The notes below the pieces were generated by a model, which was not told the DNA's origin, searched no databases, and saw only the letters and a program-made list of their open reading frames with translations. From Chrysomallon squamiferum (taxonomy: Eukaryota > Animalia > Mollusca), in the NCBI GenBank assembly GCA_012295275.1, contig CM022672.1, positions 32,674,001 through 32,738,000 on the forward strand: 64,000 nucleotides of DNA, written 5' to 3'. The position numbers and the translations under genes were made by a program. This document shows positions 1 to 14,595 of the stretch, piece by piece; the stretch's first letter is position 1; each line of letters opens with the position of its first letter.

Positions 1-687
1 GACATAGAAGCTGACCTGATGCTGCCCCAGTGCATTGTTAAAACAACTTTACTTCTAATCTTGTATCGAGCGCCGATGACGTCACGATTTCACGTTTTTC
101 AAGTCGGTGACTCGAACCGTATCAACTGAACTGACGTACAGAGGAACCGACGTGGCTATCTGCTTATGTACGAAGTACATTTCCACGAACTTGCTTAGCA
201 ACATGTATGTAGGGAAGGCTGGGGACATACCCATCCTAACACTAGTTATATACTTTCCGAGTTGGTCTCTTGAAATAAAAACTTTTTCATTTTTATCCTA
301 AAACTCTTTATGAAATTGTACAAGTTTTATATTCTTATTCAGGTAATCAGATAACTAAATATCTGACACCAGTTCTAAACCTAATTGTAACGAAAATGCA
401 TAACAGTAAAGCTAACTGCAAAGCTTAATGTGACCCTAATGCTACTTTTAACCCTAATCCTAACGTCGCTATAACGTTAGTTCTAAAAGTACGAAAAACT
501 GATATTTTATTGAAATAAACGTATTTTAAATATTAACGTAACAGTTATAATTTGATTAGGATATGGGTTAGATATGAGTATTTACTGACATGAATTGAAT
601 TTTCGTTTAAAACATGAAAAATATTATAATAGAATTGAAAAAAAAGAGTGAATATTTGTTTTTCCATCCTAAAATTGGGTATTTAGA

Positions 688-778
<91 letters not shown>

Positions 779-907
779 CAAATAAAGCAAAATGTGCGCC
801 ACACGTATTTATAGAGACTTCAGCTTTTCACACTAAATATAAATTAGTGAATTCACTTCGGTATTAACACACTAATAATCATCTTGTTCATTTAGCTACG
901 TATAGGG

Positions 908-1208
908 GATAGGTTTTCAACCTGAGGCTCAGGACCTCCAGAGGGGTCGCCAACTTTTTTCTAGTGGTCGTTCTTGAGCGAGGGCATGATTTAGTTTTTT
1001 TCAACTTGACTTGGAAGGAGGAATAAATAAAAACGTGTAGATAGGTTTGGGACCCATCAGAGTCAATACAAATTCGTTTTGTACTGTCTTAGGTTGATGT
1101 AAATATGGTAACCCTAGATATTATTGAATCAAATATGTTAAAGGGCAACATCGGTCATATTGAATTGCTTATAAGTGGTCGCGGTATGAAAAAGGTTGAA
1201 AACCAGTG
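908..1208. mobile_element. Non-autonomous hAT (Charlie-like) MITE, copy 1
   Basis: Ends GGTTTTCAACC...GGTTGAAAACCAGTG form inverted termini of the CAGTGGTTTTCAA type. The internal sequence (caacttgacttggaaggaggaataaataaaaacgtgtagataggtttg) is shared with 34196-34457. Confidence 0.7.
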
Positions 1209-1419
1209 GCATCAGGTTACTTTCCATTAGTCATAGAGTTATTTGTCATACCGTTTATAAGGTCAAGGTTTGGTTCACACTTAATCCTCTGCCCTTTACC
1301 TGGATAAAAAATGGTATGATCCCACATTGTTGTATATTGTATGACTATCGGCAATAAATAAATGATAGAAAGGCTTATAATTATTTATACATTTTATTGC
1401 ATCCAGATAACTTGGTCAG

Positions 1420-1900
1420 TTATGTAAGTTTCAGTAGATAGCTTACAGCATTTAAGAACTGAAGGGGTATTTTGACTCTCTGCTGCAATTGATGCTTGAG
1501 TCTAACTAGTCTGTTTTCCTTCAGTAGTCAAGAGGAAAGCGTGGCCATCAGCAGTCACTGTCGATTCTCCAGTAAGGTGCACGTCGGATCTTGTCAGGGG
1601 AAGTGCAGGGATCAGTCGATGTGTGTACAGTGGCATGCTTATACTGGGGAATGATGGCAATACTCGGACTTGATCTGAGTCATGTCTGACTCTCTCTTCA
1701 TTGTAAACAGCACTCAACGGTGTTGTTTCTTCTCTGGCCCGCTTTCGCATAGTGCTGAGGAACTTCAGACGCTCTGAATCTTGTGGTGGGTGGGTGTGGT
1801 CAGTGATGTTCCTGACGTGATCACGAACGGTAGTTCATCTTCCATTGCAGGTCTTGATGACAAATTTACAATGAGTACAAGTCTCATTTACAGGTGACTA
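1420..1900 (-). mobile_element. Internally deleted Mutator/MULE (FLYWCH-type) transposase remnant
   Basis: DHTHPP..LKFLSTMRKRAREETTPLSAVYNEE..LPSFPSI..PALPLTRSDVHLTGE..TADGHAFLL is the MULE region before the DDE core. It is fused to a C-terminal LQFLNAVSYLLKL segment, and the catalytic core is missing. Confidence 0.7.
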
Positions 1901-2085
1901 TTTAATTGCGGCGTACACCTCTGCGACAATAAATACTCCACTTTCTGAAGTTCTGCAATGGTGCAAGTATGCCATAATATGACATTCCACATTTATATAT
2001 ATATGCAAATGTCTCAAAAGCTAGTAATTGAATAAACTCACTATAATCTGAGAACAGTTATTCACAATTTGAATTCTGTTTAAAA

Positions 2086-2128
<43 letters not shown>

Positions 2129-2279
2129 CTCATTGCTATATGAAAACATGTTTCCTTCAAAGTCCTTTTCATTTTGAACAGCAAAATCCCGATATAATTG
2201 GAGTAAACATGAACACATGGTTGTGATTACAACAAGTAGCCAAGACTAGTTGATCATTCTCACAACTCAGAGGTGCTCA

Positions 2280-2480
2280 GCTTACTTCCTGCTTGACTGC
2301 TTTCCAAATTGTATGACTACTGACCACATGACTGTTGGGAGGATACCGCGTATAGAGATTACAAGAAGCTTGACATCATTGTTTATTAAGATTTCACAAA
2401 GTGCGATCATTTACCTGCTAATTGTTGTCATTGCTTAAGAAACGATAAAATTTGAAAAAATGTTAGCGGTAGTGGACAAT
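2280..2480 (+). mobile_element. Possible highly decayed LINE reverse-transcriptase fragment
   Basis: Frame-broken traces resembling the GF..SC.T and IV.DF.K.FD motifs. Confidence 0.3.
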
Positions 2481-2639
2481 CCTATAAAATGTTCCTTTAT
2501 TCTGGAATTTACACCCGATATCCGAAGTAGAGAGATTCGGATATTTCAAAGTTTTGTTCATAATAGATTAAAGTTAGCCTGGGAATTTCTCCCCATTTTC
2601 ATAACTCTTTTATGAAGTATATTGTTTTCTTTATTTTAC

Positions 2640-2733
<94 letters not shown>

Positions 2734-3500
2734 CTTGTTGTTAAACACATACTGTGAACGGACTACACGTTAAGTACAATCATAGGATCTGCTCTAGATA
2801 ACTTTCTCACAAATCATTAATTTTACAGATTGATGTTACATACTGTATGCAGAGAAAAAAAATATTACCAAAAAAAAAAAAAAAATGATAATAATAATAA
2901 TACTTGATAAATGTATTTTTATGTCTATATAATTTATCTGTTTAAATTGTAAAGACAAATTAAGTACAAAAAAAACACATTTTTTTTTTTTTTGGTTTTG
3001 TTTATTGACATGTTATACCTAAATAAAAAACAGTAAATTCGAAACACAATCTAATTAACTTATATACTTTATATAAATCTTAATAAAAGAAAATGGATAA
3101 ATAAATCAAATAACAGTTCTTATATTTCATGTCCAGCAATTATTAAGTACATACATAATTTATCTACGTCTTATTTTAAATACATTTTAAAGTGAAATAA
3201 AAAAGTAAAAATGAAGCAAGAAACACTTAATAATATTACGTTTCATATAGAAACAAAAAACATTATATATATTTAAATAAATAAATAAATAAATATAAAA
3301 TAAATAAATAAACAATAAAGCAATGAGATGTTAATATACATTTTACTCGTATCTGTTTGACACAAATCAGTCCATTAGAAAATTTCAAATCAAATCAAGT
3401 GTCTATGACGTCATCAATGTTGTCTGACTTCATCAGAAAAAATGTAAACAAATAAATAAGTGATGACTAAAAGTGACAGCGTTTGAACGATGTTGTTTTT

Positions 3501-4554
3501 TTACACTAAAAATAACAAAGCAGGTATTTGTCCTCCTATCACACTTGTACTAAGTTCTCTTTCACTGTGTGCCGATTCCTCTGACATAGAAAGTCTACAA
3601 ACAAAAGAGTCTACAACAATTTTTGATTTACCTTTATCTCCCCATAATGAGCTTCCTCCCTTAACAGTAACAAACAAGCTGTACTCAGTGTCTTTAGTAA
3701 TCTTCACTGGACGTCTGAACACGACGTCATACACGTCAGACCTGACGTTTTCATATCTCTGTGTCAGCTTAGACCCGTGAAGTATTTCGTCTGTTCTTGT
3801 GTCAGTGACGAAGGCGCTGACGTCGTAGTTTTGTGGTTCAGTGTGACCGTACAACTGAAATCCGCGAAGTAAAGCGTTTTTGTTGACAGAGAATGTAATG
3901 GCTTCATCTACTTTCCCAGAATATGAATAGACACCAGCATCAGTTCTACCGAACCGGTTTATTGTAATCTGAGTTTTCATCATTGCAGTTCTCTTTTTTG
4001 TGTTAAAAGGTGAAACATCTTCATCACTCTTCACCCAGTGTTTCAAAATCTTATTTTCTTCTCTGTCAGTGACTATGTTAGTGGGTAAAACGTGTTCTAC
4101 AAAATACGTCTGATCGAGTAATGGATAACGCACGTGCTTCACGGCTTCTCCCAGTACTTCGCGCCTGTTCTTTCCACTCTTCGCTTTTCCTTGTTTCTTG
4201 CATGCGCTGTCAGCCCACTTCACAGCGGCTTCGAAAACATTTTTCTCGTCTGCTGTCAGTTCGTCTGATCGTACGATCTCAACCAGACATTCGAGACAAA
4301 GATCGGTGACTTCAGCTGACTTCAAAACTTGGTCGCCATTTTCCAAAATGCAGTTCAGAGCTTTTTCTCTGAGATCATGTTCGTTAAACAGGTGAGCTTG
4401 TTCCATCACGACGCACGCATTCTGTGACGACAACGACGACTCCAAATAGCGCAAACATTGATCTTTCAGTGTTGTGATGACGTACTTCCTCGATAGATAC
4501 AGCAGACCAGTGACGTTGTTGTCTGTTAGGACGACGTCATCCGTATAAAGATAT
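3501..4554 (-). CDS. BTB/POZ-BACK-PHR protein, coding exon 2 (total 436 aa)
   Basis: Acceptor acacag| at 4555-4556 joins exon 1 in frame (K-YLYTDDVVLTDNNVTGLLYLSRKY). BACK motif (EKNVFEAAVKWA..RREVLGEAVKHVRYPLL) and PHR C-terminus (DEAITFSVNK..GFQLYG..GGQIPALLF*). 257+1054 nt = 437 codons including stop. Confidence 0.92.
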
Positions 4555-4789
4555 CTGTGTAAAAGAATGTATAGTAAGACTTCAAAACGAGAGAAAATTA
4601 TGGGAGATTATTTAATTAGAAAACGATTAGATTACTAAAAAAAATGTATTCTTATCAACATTCATGTCTGTATGTATGTCTTATTACATCTCTGTATTCG
4701 TAGGTGTGATTACGTGTTTGTTTATGTGTGCGTGCGTGTATGTGTGTTTGTACGTATATATATATCCGTCTGTGTGTGTGATAACATAC

Positions 4790-5046
4790 TTCAAAAACTC
4801 TGTAAAAACGTCTGCTTGAACATCAGGTAATAGGATGGCATGTTGTACGCGATGCTCTCCTGATAACATCTTCTGAAATATTTCACTTCGTATTATTAAT
4901 ATAAATCGATGCGCTTCAATGACCGTTTGATGTTCTCCGACCTGAAAACTGACGTCGCTCTCTATTCTGGTTAGAAAAACGTGTTCAATACATTCAGTCA
5001 AGTTCTTTCCAGTCTGCCAACTTGAGATTGCAGCTGACGTGGCCAT
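4790..5046 (-). CDS. BTB/POZ-BACK-PHR protein (BTBD1/2/3/6 family), coding exon 1
   Basis: ATG at 5046. WQTGKNLTECIEHVF..SDVSFQVG..IEAHRFILIIRSEIFQKML..LPDVQADVFTEFL is a BTB N-terminal half. GT donor (AA|gtatgt) after 4790, phase 2. An AG acceptor at 5054-5055, just upstream of the ATG, implies untranslated upstream exons. Confidence 0.9.
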
Positions 5047-5157
5047 GTTTTCACTACAAACAAATAATTGTCATAATAATAATATGAAATGGGGGAGAAA
5101 AGAAAAAAGAAATTGTTAGGATCTAGAACTGTAACAATTCTTAAAGGTAAACAAATG

Positions 5158-5227
<70 letters not shown>

Positions 5228-6564
5228 TAACAATAATAATAATAATAATAATAATCACATAATAATAATAACAACAACAACAACGACAATAATAATAACT
5301 TCATTCTAAATATAATTTTAAAATGTTTCTGTGTACACAGCGTCACAGTAAAATGATCAGTTTTCTATATTTATATACATCTATAACTTGTACACAGAAA
5401 TCTTGCAAAAACCAAACGTTTTTGTATACAAAGAATTAATCAATCTAAGATAATTTCTAGCAACCGACTCTACTGTTCAATACTGAGATCAGAGATCTAA
5501 AAATAAACAAATAAATAAAAGATAATGAAAGAAAGAAAAAATCAAATAGATAAATATATACCAAATCGATAAATGATAAAAAGAAGTGCATTATATTTAT
5601 ACTAATTATTATTATGATGACAACAACGACTGCATCAATAATTGTTACATTATCATTATTTGTATAATCAGATATGTCTGGTCACAGTCAGGTAAAAAAT
5701 ATTTAACTGCGGGACAAACGATTTTGAAATCGTAATGTACATATGGTCATTTTATTTCCTTTTTTTTCCGAGAAAAAAACAACAAAATTATCCGAAAATA
5801 ACAAATCTGAAAAGAAACACTATATAAGAAAACGGAAATAATAATAATAATAAAGTAAGGAAAATCAACGAACAATTTAAAATACCTTGTAATTTCAACT
5901 TCCTGATCGACAATTTCTTATAAGCGACTATGTTTCTGTCTATCAACTCAGCTATAGACTACAGATATCACGATCTAAGAATAAATGAAATAAAATAAAA
6001 TAAAATAATATAAAGTAAGCAATATATAGCAAGAGACTTTAAAAAAAAAAAAATAAGAGCTATAATAGGATAGTAGTAGTAACAGTAGTAGTAATAATAA
6101 TAACAATAATAGTAATAACAACAACAGTAATAATAATAATAATAAATATAATAATAACGATAACAGCATATTAAAGTCAGGATATACATAACTTTTTCTA
6201 TTTCAATTTAAAAATCCTCAGACTTAAATAATCAGTTTCTTAGAGGACTAACTAATATATTTAGTAATAAATTAAGAACACTGGAATCGCTAAAACATAA
6301 TGAAATATAAAATATCATACACTTTCAGTTCTGCTTTGTGTTCTTTTAGTTTGGAAACCCTCCACTGATAAACATGCGACTGACGTGAAATATTTTATAC
6401 GTCATCAAGTGTTACGTTTCAGTTTCAGATTAAAATAAACAAATCGTGCTACGAGATATATGTACACTGATCTGACATAAATCTTGTTTACAATAAACTA
6501 CATTGATTCTAATTCAATAAATTAAATACTACTATATGCCATTGTTTATAAGTAAGTTATAAAT

Positions 6565-6609
<45 letters not shown>

Positions 6610-7733
6610 TTATAATTATAATAATTATAATAATAACAGAAACAACAACAACATCAACATCATCAAAAAACAACAATAATAATAATAACAAATCTTTTTT
6701 ACAGTATACTGAATATAAGTGTACATGTCTTATTTCTCTGAGGAGGCTTGCATGACCAGTATATCAATGTAATCTAACACTGACTGTTTGCTTGTTATGA
6801 AGGTCATATAAATCTAGTGTGTCACTGCTACACGAGACACACAAAGGTATACTCGGGTGTTTTTTACAGCGATCTGACAAATTCATTGTTAATATACTAT
6901 GTGCCCGTAAGTGTAGAAATAACCCGTTAAAATAAGAAATTATTTACATTTGTCAGCGCTGTGAGAAGACAACCAATTTCAATAAAGACAACAAACAAAC
7001 AAACTCGCAAATAAAAAACAAAATACAAAAATTATATGAGATAATATAATCACATCCTCTACTAGCTCTTTCGATATACCAGATTATAAGAAACATTTTA
7101 TAGTTGGGTCTAGCGTATATGTTTTAATGTTTAGAAAGCCTCACGGTATAATGCTGTTTGTTATGTGTATATCCACTGCAGCGATAATGTTTATTCTTTT
7201 TTCTTCCTTTTTTACTCTTTGGATGTTTTCCATTGTAGACGAAAACAAATACAATAACATTTTATTCAATTTTGGAAAGGGTTATACACCAACGAACGCT
7301 AGATAAGAAGGAAGGAACCAATGACGAAAGGAAAAAAGAAAGAATGAAAGGAACACATACAAAGAAAAAATAAGAGAAGATATATAATAATAATAATAAT
7401 AATAACAACAACAACAACACAGTTAAATAAATTGGAATAAAATAAAAACTATATACAATACTTTGTAGTATCAAAATAGTTACCTACCTGAAAAACTTCC
7501 TGATCAATAATTTCTTAGAAATGAGTTATTTCTGTTTAACGATTCTACTATTGATCACAGAGATCAGGGATCTATAAATAAATAAATAAATAAATAAATA
7601 AAATGAAATAAAGTAAAAGACTGATGAATATATAGCATAAGCTATCTACGATATATTCAACTATATTTAGGTGCTATGATTACAACTGCTCCTGCTGCTA
7701 CTACTAGGCCAGTACTACTACTAATGCTACTAG

Positions 7734-7779
<46 letters not shown>

Positions 7780-7810
7780 AACATAATACAAATTATTATA
7801 AGGACGATAG

Positions 7811-7857
<47 letters not shown>

Positions 7858-8660
7858 AATAAGTTTATCGATGTTTCTCATAAACCACTATGCTAGGTAT
7901 ATAAACAAAAATAACAATAATAAAAAAAAAATACACGCGTTTATCAAAATTCTCACACAAATGTATAGCTCTTAGAAAATACATTACAAGTTGAATATGT
8001 CTGATTTGTTTTAAGCAAAGCGATAGTACGGCATATATTAAATCACAATAAAGTACCTTCAAATTTCAAAATGGCCGACTACTTCTTTATAATGCGTCTT
8101 GTTTGTGAGTGGTTTTCCTAGGACTGACGCCTTTCTGCTTGACAAGGTCACTGAAATATGTTCTGTGTGTCGCTGTTTACTGTCGTCTGCTGACAAGCAC
8201 GTGATTGAAATCAGATATCGCACAAGTCACAGCACGTATAGCGGTAGACACATGCAAAGCTTTTGCATATATATACTGAGTGAGAAATAAATATTGATAT
8301 TTTACAGACAAAATAAATAAATCAATAAATAAATATAAAATGCCTTTTTTTTTTTTTCTACTTAACATAATAAAGGTAGTATTTGTCACACCTGTGTTTA
8401 GATCGCTCTGACTCATAACACATACAAATAAAGGAGTGTCCCATGTATTCTGATTCACCATTACATTGCATTTTTCACGATCATAGTATAACGTTTCTTG
8501 TCGCCAATACAACTGACACGCTATTTTGATCTGACCTACTTAATAGACACTTGTTAACGATAACTTGTTCATCGATATACTGAGGGAGAAATAAATATTA
8601 ATATTTTACAGACAAAATAATTGTTCAAATACTAGCAGCTGTGCTGATTACTGGTGTAAT

Positions 8661-8699
<39 letters not shown>

Positions 8700-9049
8700 T
8701 TCATTCATTTATTTCCTTATTTCACGTATTCTTCTTTATTTATCTGTTGGTATTTTTCTTTACAAATGTGTATAATATATGATACAACTAATACACGCTA
8801 ATAAAAAAGTGTTAAACTACAGAAGTCTTCATAACATCAGTAAAACAACAACAAAACAACAACAAAAACAACAACAACAACAACAACAAGATGATGAAGA
8901 ATTTACATATTTTTGAGATATAAATATTTCTTCATGTAAATAAAAGTACATGTTATTGTAAGAAACATACAAATTGGCATAACAGAAAAATAAATTAAAA
9001 CTTTGTATATTTTTTGCATTTTCTGTTATTGAATATCATGACATATTTA

Positions 9050-10500
9050 CAGAATGTCTAAACTTATTTACATAAAGCGCATTAAATCTTCACTAAACAT
9101 ATTCACATTTATCTGAATCTTTCTTATACCATATAATACGAAATGCTTACTAGTTGTCAAGATAACTAACAAAATCTTAAACTGGTAATATCTAAGCTCT
9201 GTGTCTGAAGTTACCTTTGAATGAAAGAAGATATTCACTTGTCCAACATTTGTCACAGAACTCTCTGTACCAAACATATCCTGCCATTTAGCTTTCTTAT
9301 ATATTTTATAAAAACAGTTTATACTAGTTATTAATAGCTAGCATCACGCCATTGTGAACTGTAAATAGTGGTCTAAAGTTATATTTTGTTTTCTACAAAA
9401 TGCAATGTATGAAAGCCAGGTGGCATTAACAAAAAGTTATTTTAGAACTAAAATTTCGATCTTTCCTAGTGTCTTATAATAATCTGATTTATTATCAGTT
9501 TTAATATGAACGTCATACTTAATCTATTGACATACTATTTTTATCTTGTCCATTATCGTTTGACATTTCTCTAGAAAGATTAACCATATATGTAATTCAT
9601 TTTTAACAAAAGGAATTCGTGCGTTTCAGCAATTTTGCTTCACTGTAGCTTGAACCTAAATCTAATATCAGTGAAGCTCTAGATCAAACATCAGCAATCT
9701 TTTTCGAGAAGACATGGCTCATCTTCAGGCGGGCCAAATAAACTGAAAGAGATAGGTTTCTACTAGTTTAAAGAAATAGTTTGTTGGATTTGGCAGTGAA
9801 GAAAAAAAAACAATTTTCGATAAAACTAAACTTTTGATTCCAGTAATTTTTCCTAGAGGTGAGAAAGAACATTTTGACCATCGTTCAAGCTGCCTTTTAA
9901 CCTCATTCAACTTTGCATTAAAGTTTAATTCTTGTATCTGACACAGATCCGTGGAAAACCGTACCCGCAGTAATGTGAATTCTGTAGTCCATTTTAATTT
10001 TTGTTTTGAAGACTTTTTTCTTTAATGATTGATCTTGTCTTTGCCTAATTTTATTATATTTGTTTTAGATGTATTACCTTTAAGACCAGATACATCGGTA
10101 AACTAGTTTAAACGTTTCCACAGACGCTCACAGAGTTTTATCACACCAACCTAATAAAGAATGAAAAATTCATTGTCGTTTATCTCAATCCCGTATATAT
10201 ATGTTTCTTATTTCTTACCAAGATTTTCAATTCCACTTTGCAATAACAGATCCCCTTGTCTATATCCTCTGTTACGTTTTAAGCCTTTAGTAATCTTACC
10301 ATGTATGTATAAAAACTGTTCATCTTTATTGGAGAAGATCGATATCAGTGTTTATTTTGAAACTCCAAAGATAAAATACGTTTTTTTTTTTTTTTTTTTA
10401 ATTCCACGCTATTGTATCACAAGCTTTTATTCGAAATCGACAATTAATTAAGAAGAAATTCGAAACACTAGTGGGAAATAACTCAAGCTTTCTCTCTATG
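9050..10500 (-). mobile_element. L1/Tx1-clade LINE ORF2 remnant
   Basis: RGYRQGD-like motif near 10250. KRQLERWSKCSFSPLGKITGIKSLVLSKIVFFSSLPNP..LFQFIW (9725-9910) and DTELRYYQFKILLVILTT (9068-9277) are typical Tx1/L1 post-RT motifs. Many stops and frameshifts. Confidence 0.8.
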
Positions 10501-10648
10501 CAAGTGGTAAAGAATTATCTCCCACTGTATCAGTAAACACTTTTTATATCTGATAAATTAAAATTGTGAAACACGACGTATTTGTTACTCGACATTTACA
10601 ATGAATAGTGGTCATTAAATAACAGAAGTATTATTGTTGTTGTTATTG

Positions 10649-10713
<65 letters not shown>

Positions 10714-11981
10714 TTACTATTAGGAATTACTCCGTATGATCATGATCTATCTTAATAAACTGTTGAAACAGAATAAAGTGAATATAATATATACCGATAT
10801 GTTATATTCCTCTTGTACTTCATACTTATACAAGACTGGCGTTCTGTTAAGACTAAACTTTCAAAAGAGAAGTTCTCATTGTTGTTTGTGTTTGTTTTAC
10901 AGTCGCTTTGTGTGTGCCTGTGATGTGTGTGTAAGTTTGCGACAAAACAAAGATGGACATCGAACACTGCTTAAGGCTGGCGTTCATTCATATGTCTTAC
11001 AAAGATCAAGATAAAAAATAATATTATACAAAGACACCAGAACTAGTAAAAGTTGTAGTAATAGTAAGAGCAGTAGTAAAAGTGTTACTGGTAGCATTTG
11101 TAATAGTGCTAGATGTAGTAGTAGTTTTAATAGTAGCAGCAATAGAATCAGTAATAGTAGTAGTAATAGCAATAGTTGCAGTAACTATTTTATGTCAGTT
11201 AATTAATTATTTATTTATTTATTTAGTTAGTTAGTTAGTTAATTAATTAAAACACTTACAAAACATATACATACATACACACACAACAGACACACATACA
11301 GACATCACACATACAACATACACATACATACATACAACAGATACACACACACACACATATACATACAATACACACAAATATATACATACATACAACAAAC
11401 ACATACATACAACATACATACAAATATACATACATACAACACACACATACATACATACATACAACACACACATGCATACATACAGCACACACATACATGC
11501 ATACATACACACATACATACACACACATACACTCACAAACACACACACCGAGAGACATACATAAACACAGAAACACAGTCGCACTTATAGACACACACAT
11601 AAAAACTCACACACACCTTTTTCTTATCGGTTTTCTTATTTCTTCGTGTTCTTATGTCTTGTTTCTTCTTTTTTGGTCATTTTTCTATTTTTTTCTAGTC
11701 ATGCTAATTAAAAGTTGTCTGATAAAATGAAATTATTTCCTTTATTAATCCATTAATTACTTCATTTGTAATGTTATTGTAATAAATATTAGAAAAACGA
11801 GTGTGAAATTCGCGGGGCGGGTACAAAGAAGCTCGAAGTCTAAGGTTAATACGGCACTGACTGTAGTCATTACGTGATTTGTATGTGTGCTGTTGTAAAA
11901 TATATGAATACCTCCACGTGTAAAGTCTTATGTTTAAAACACCGCTTAGCAGCAATGTAGTGTATATATGTATGTATCAAA

Positions 11982-12014
<33 letters not shown>

Positions 12015-12357
12015 CATATTTTTTGTACCACAGTTAGGACAATCTCGATGGTTTTTCTGTTGTTACTTGGTATTTAATTAATATTATTATCATCATCATC
12101 ATCATCATCTTCTTTTTTTTCTTTTCGTCATGTTCATAATCATCAAAGGCATAATATTATCATTAAAATTATTATATTCGTCATCAAGATAGTTAACATA
12201 ATTCAACGTGTACAGTTAAACAGACAAATACAGTCAAAGAAAAACAGAAAACTTGTAGACATGAAAGAGTAAACAGAGTTAAAGTTATTTAATATATAAC
12301 ACATCTGATCGTGTACAAATACAAAACACAAACATAAAAGTCAGACCTGAAACTACT

Positions 12358-13180
12358 TTATATCTCACAAAATGCTTTTCTTCGGTTTAGATGCACGCAG
12401 TTCTCTTTTCCTCCTCCGTTAACCGGCTGATGACTGTTCCAGTAAATGTAGTTAAGTCTTTTGAAGTGTTGACAGGAAGACTTCCTTGGAAACGACCTTA
12501 ACCGCCGATGTCATTTCCACCAACCCAGTGCATGTCGGCTATAAGATATAATTAATATCTGAAGTTAAAATGTTTTGTTAAGAATGAGAGAAGAAAGGAT
12601 ATTTAGAGAATGAGAGAAGAAAGGATCTTTAAAGAACGAGAGAAGAAAGGATATTTAGACAACGAGGAGGAAAACGACAACCGAATGAATGTAACGAAAG
12701 TTTGAAAAGCACTTTTATTCTTCCATTTTTATTTATTTATTTAGAGACAGACTGAAAAATAGCCAGAGGGAGAGACATAGTAGTCAAGAAAATTCATGAA
12801 TACTGAGCAGAAAGTGAAAAAAAAAAAAAAAAAATAATAATAAAAAAAAAAAAAAAAAAAAATAATAGTTATTATAAAATTAAATATTCAGAGAAAAACG
12901 TTTGAGAAGGGTGAAATACAAAAATAGAAAATACTGCTAATGTAATAATGATGAAAGTAAAAAAGAAATTCTAAACAAAAAAGAAGTACAGATTAATATC
13001 ACAAATTTCTAATATATGTAACGAAAAGCTCACTAATGATGTAAGACAGGTAAATAACAACTATTATCTACAAAGTAGTAAACACGTGATCTATCTTGTC
13101 GTCTGTCCACGAAAGAGCGACAGATTTTATTGAAAACCAGTAGCAATGAAATTTGTTGTAAATAAATCCTTTTGTACACT
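12358..13180 (-). pseudogene. Perlucin-like C-type lectin pseudogene, copy A
   Basis: Exon remnant ~13095-13180 reads CTKGFIYNKFHCYWFSIKSVALSWTD, with AT where a GT donor is expected. Exon 12358-12538 reads DMHWVGGNDIGG*GRFQ then, after a frameshift, ENCVHLN. The WND motif is deleted relative to copy B. Confidence 0.8.
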
Positions 13181-13210
13181 ACATAGTCTCCCAAATAATA
13201 ATAATAATAA

Positions 13211-13241
<31 letters not shown>

Positions 13242-13355
13242 AAGAAGAAGAACAACAACAACAACAACAACAACAACTATTACTACTGCAACTACTCTTT
13301 TTTTACTAGTATATATTATTTCTATTGCAACAACAATACTAACAAAGGTGCTATC

Positions 13356-14038
13356 TTAAAAGGGACTTCCCAATTGTTTTTATTTTCACATCTCAGCAAC
13401 CAAAACCGGTTAACGACATAAGAATGTAACCGTAACCATTCTGAACAGTTGTATTGATATTATATTTATATATAGAAAGGTTAACTACAACATTGTGATT
13501 TTGTTCACAGAAATCATCTCAACATGCAACCTAAGTTTTCGGTTACAGAACGGCTTCTCAGAAACGAATACGGCCACATTAATTCTTCGTAATTTGATAT
13601 GTTACGGAAATGGCCGAACACGATGAAATACCGAGTTCCTACAGTCTAGACGTATATAGCTTAGTTATGTTACGCAGTGATTAGGAAAATAAGTGACCTA
13701 AATATTTTCAAAATTTATAAATGTATTACTAAACAAACAAATAAGTAAATGATTCAAGTGAGAAATAAATGGGACGATTAACTTTGCCAATTTATGTAAT
13801 CGGAATGACGTCACTAGACAAGTAGGAACAACAATAGGAACATGGCGAACAATTGGAAATTCATAGTTTTATGATAATTGTTTTATATTTTTCTTTATTC
13901 TAATGATTGGATGATGGATATGATGTGCATTTTGTTTATTTCTATTACTTAGTGTATCTTTTCTTTAAAAGTAATGTCTTAATACTGGGAGACTAAACCG
14001 ACTTAGTGAAAAAAAAAAAAAAAAAACAAAGTAAGTCG
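13356..14038 (+). promoter_or_regulatory. Repeated motif-rich module (putative promoter plus first exon, or MITE-derived), copy 1
   Basis: CGGAAATGGCCGAA, TGACGTCA (13806), AACATGGCG and donor-like GTAAGTCG (14031). Inverted copies at 47368-48050 and 39976-40680; partial copy near 41111. Confidence 0.5.
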
Positions 14039-14550
14039 ATTAAGTTTTATGTTTTTGTTGTTGTATCCAATAAACTAAAACTGCTAATACTGCTACTGCC
14101 ATTATTACTATTAATATTTATAATATTAAAGTTATAATTACTAATATTAGTTTTATTAGTCTTACAATGATTCCATATGTTTTGATGATTATGGAAACAT
14201 AGTTAAACTATACACACCTTGTATTTAATTGACTCATGCTTCTAGCATATCTCTATAATATATATCTTCACACACACGCACACACACATACATGTTCATT
14301 TTTATAGCAATCTGTTTTCATATATTACAATTCATATCTAATTTGACTATATGTTGAACGAATTAAGAAATTCAGTGAGTCTATCACAAAATTTCATAAA
14401 TTCAAAAAGGTAATTTGTTACTTAAAACACAATGTCAGAACAAAAATGCAGACATATAAAATCTAGCATTTAAAAAAAGAGCATTTTAGATGATACAACA
14501 CCAAACACTGCAGCAACATTCTACATTAAAATAGCTACATTAAAATACAG

Positions 14551-14595
<45 letters not shown>

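Noticed and set aside
11704-11955. Conserved small protein MLLSGVLNIRLYTWRYS (also 49617-49889)
   Set aside because: Non-ATG start and no recognisable domain. The similarity is explained by the inverted DNA duplication.
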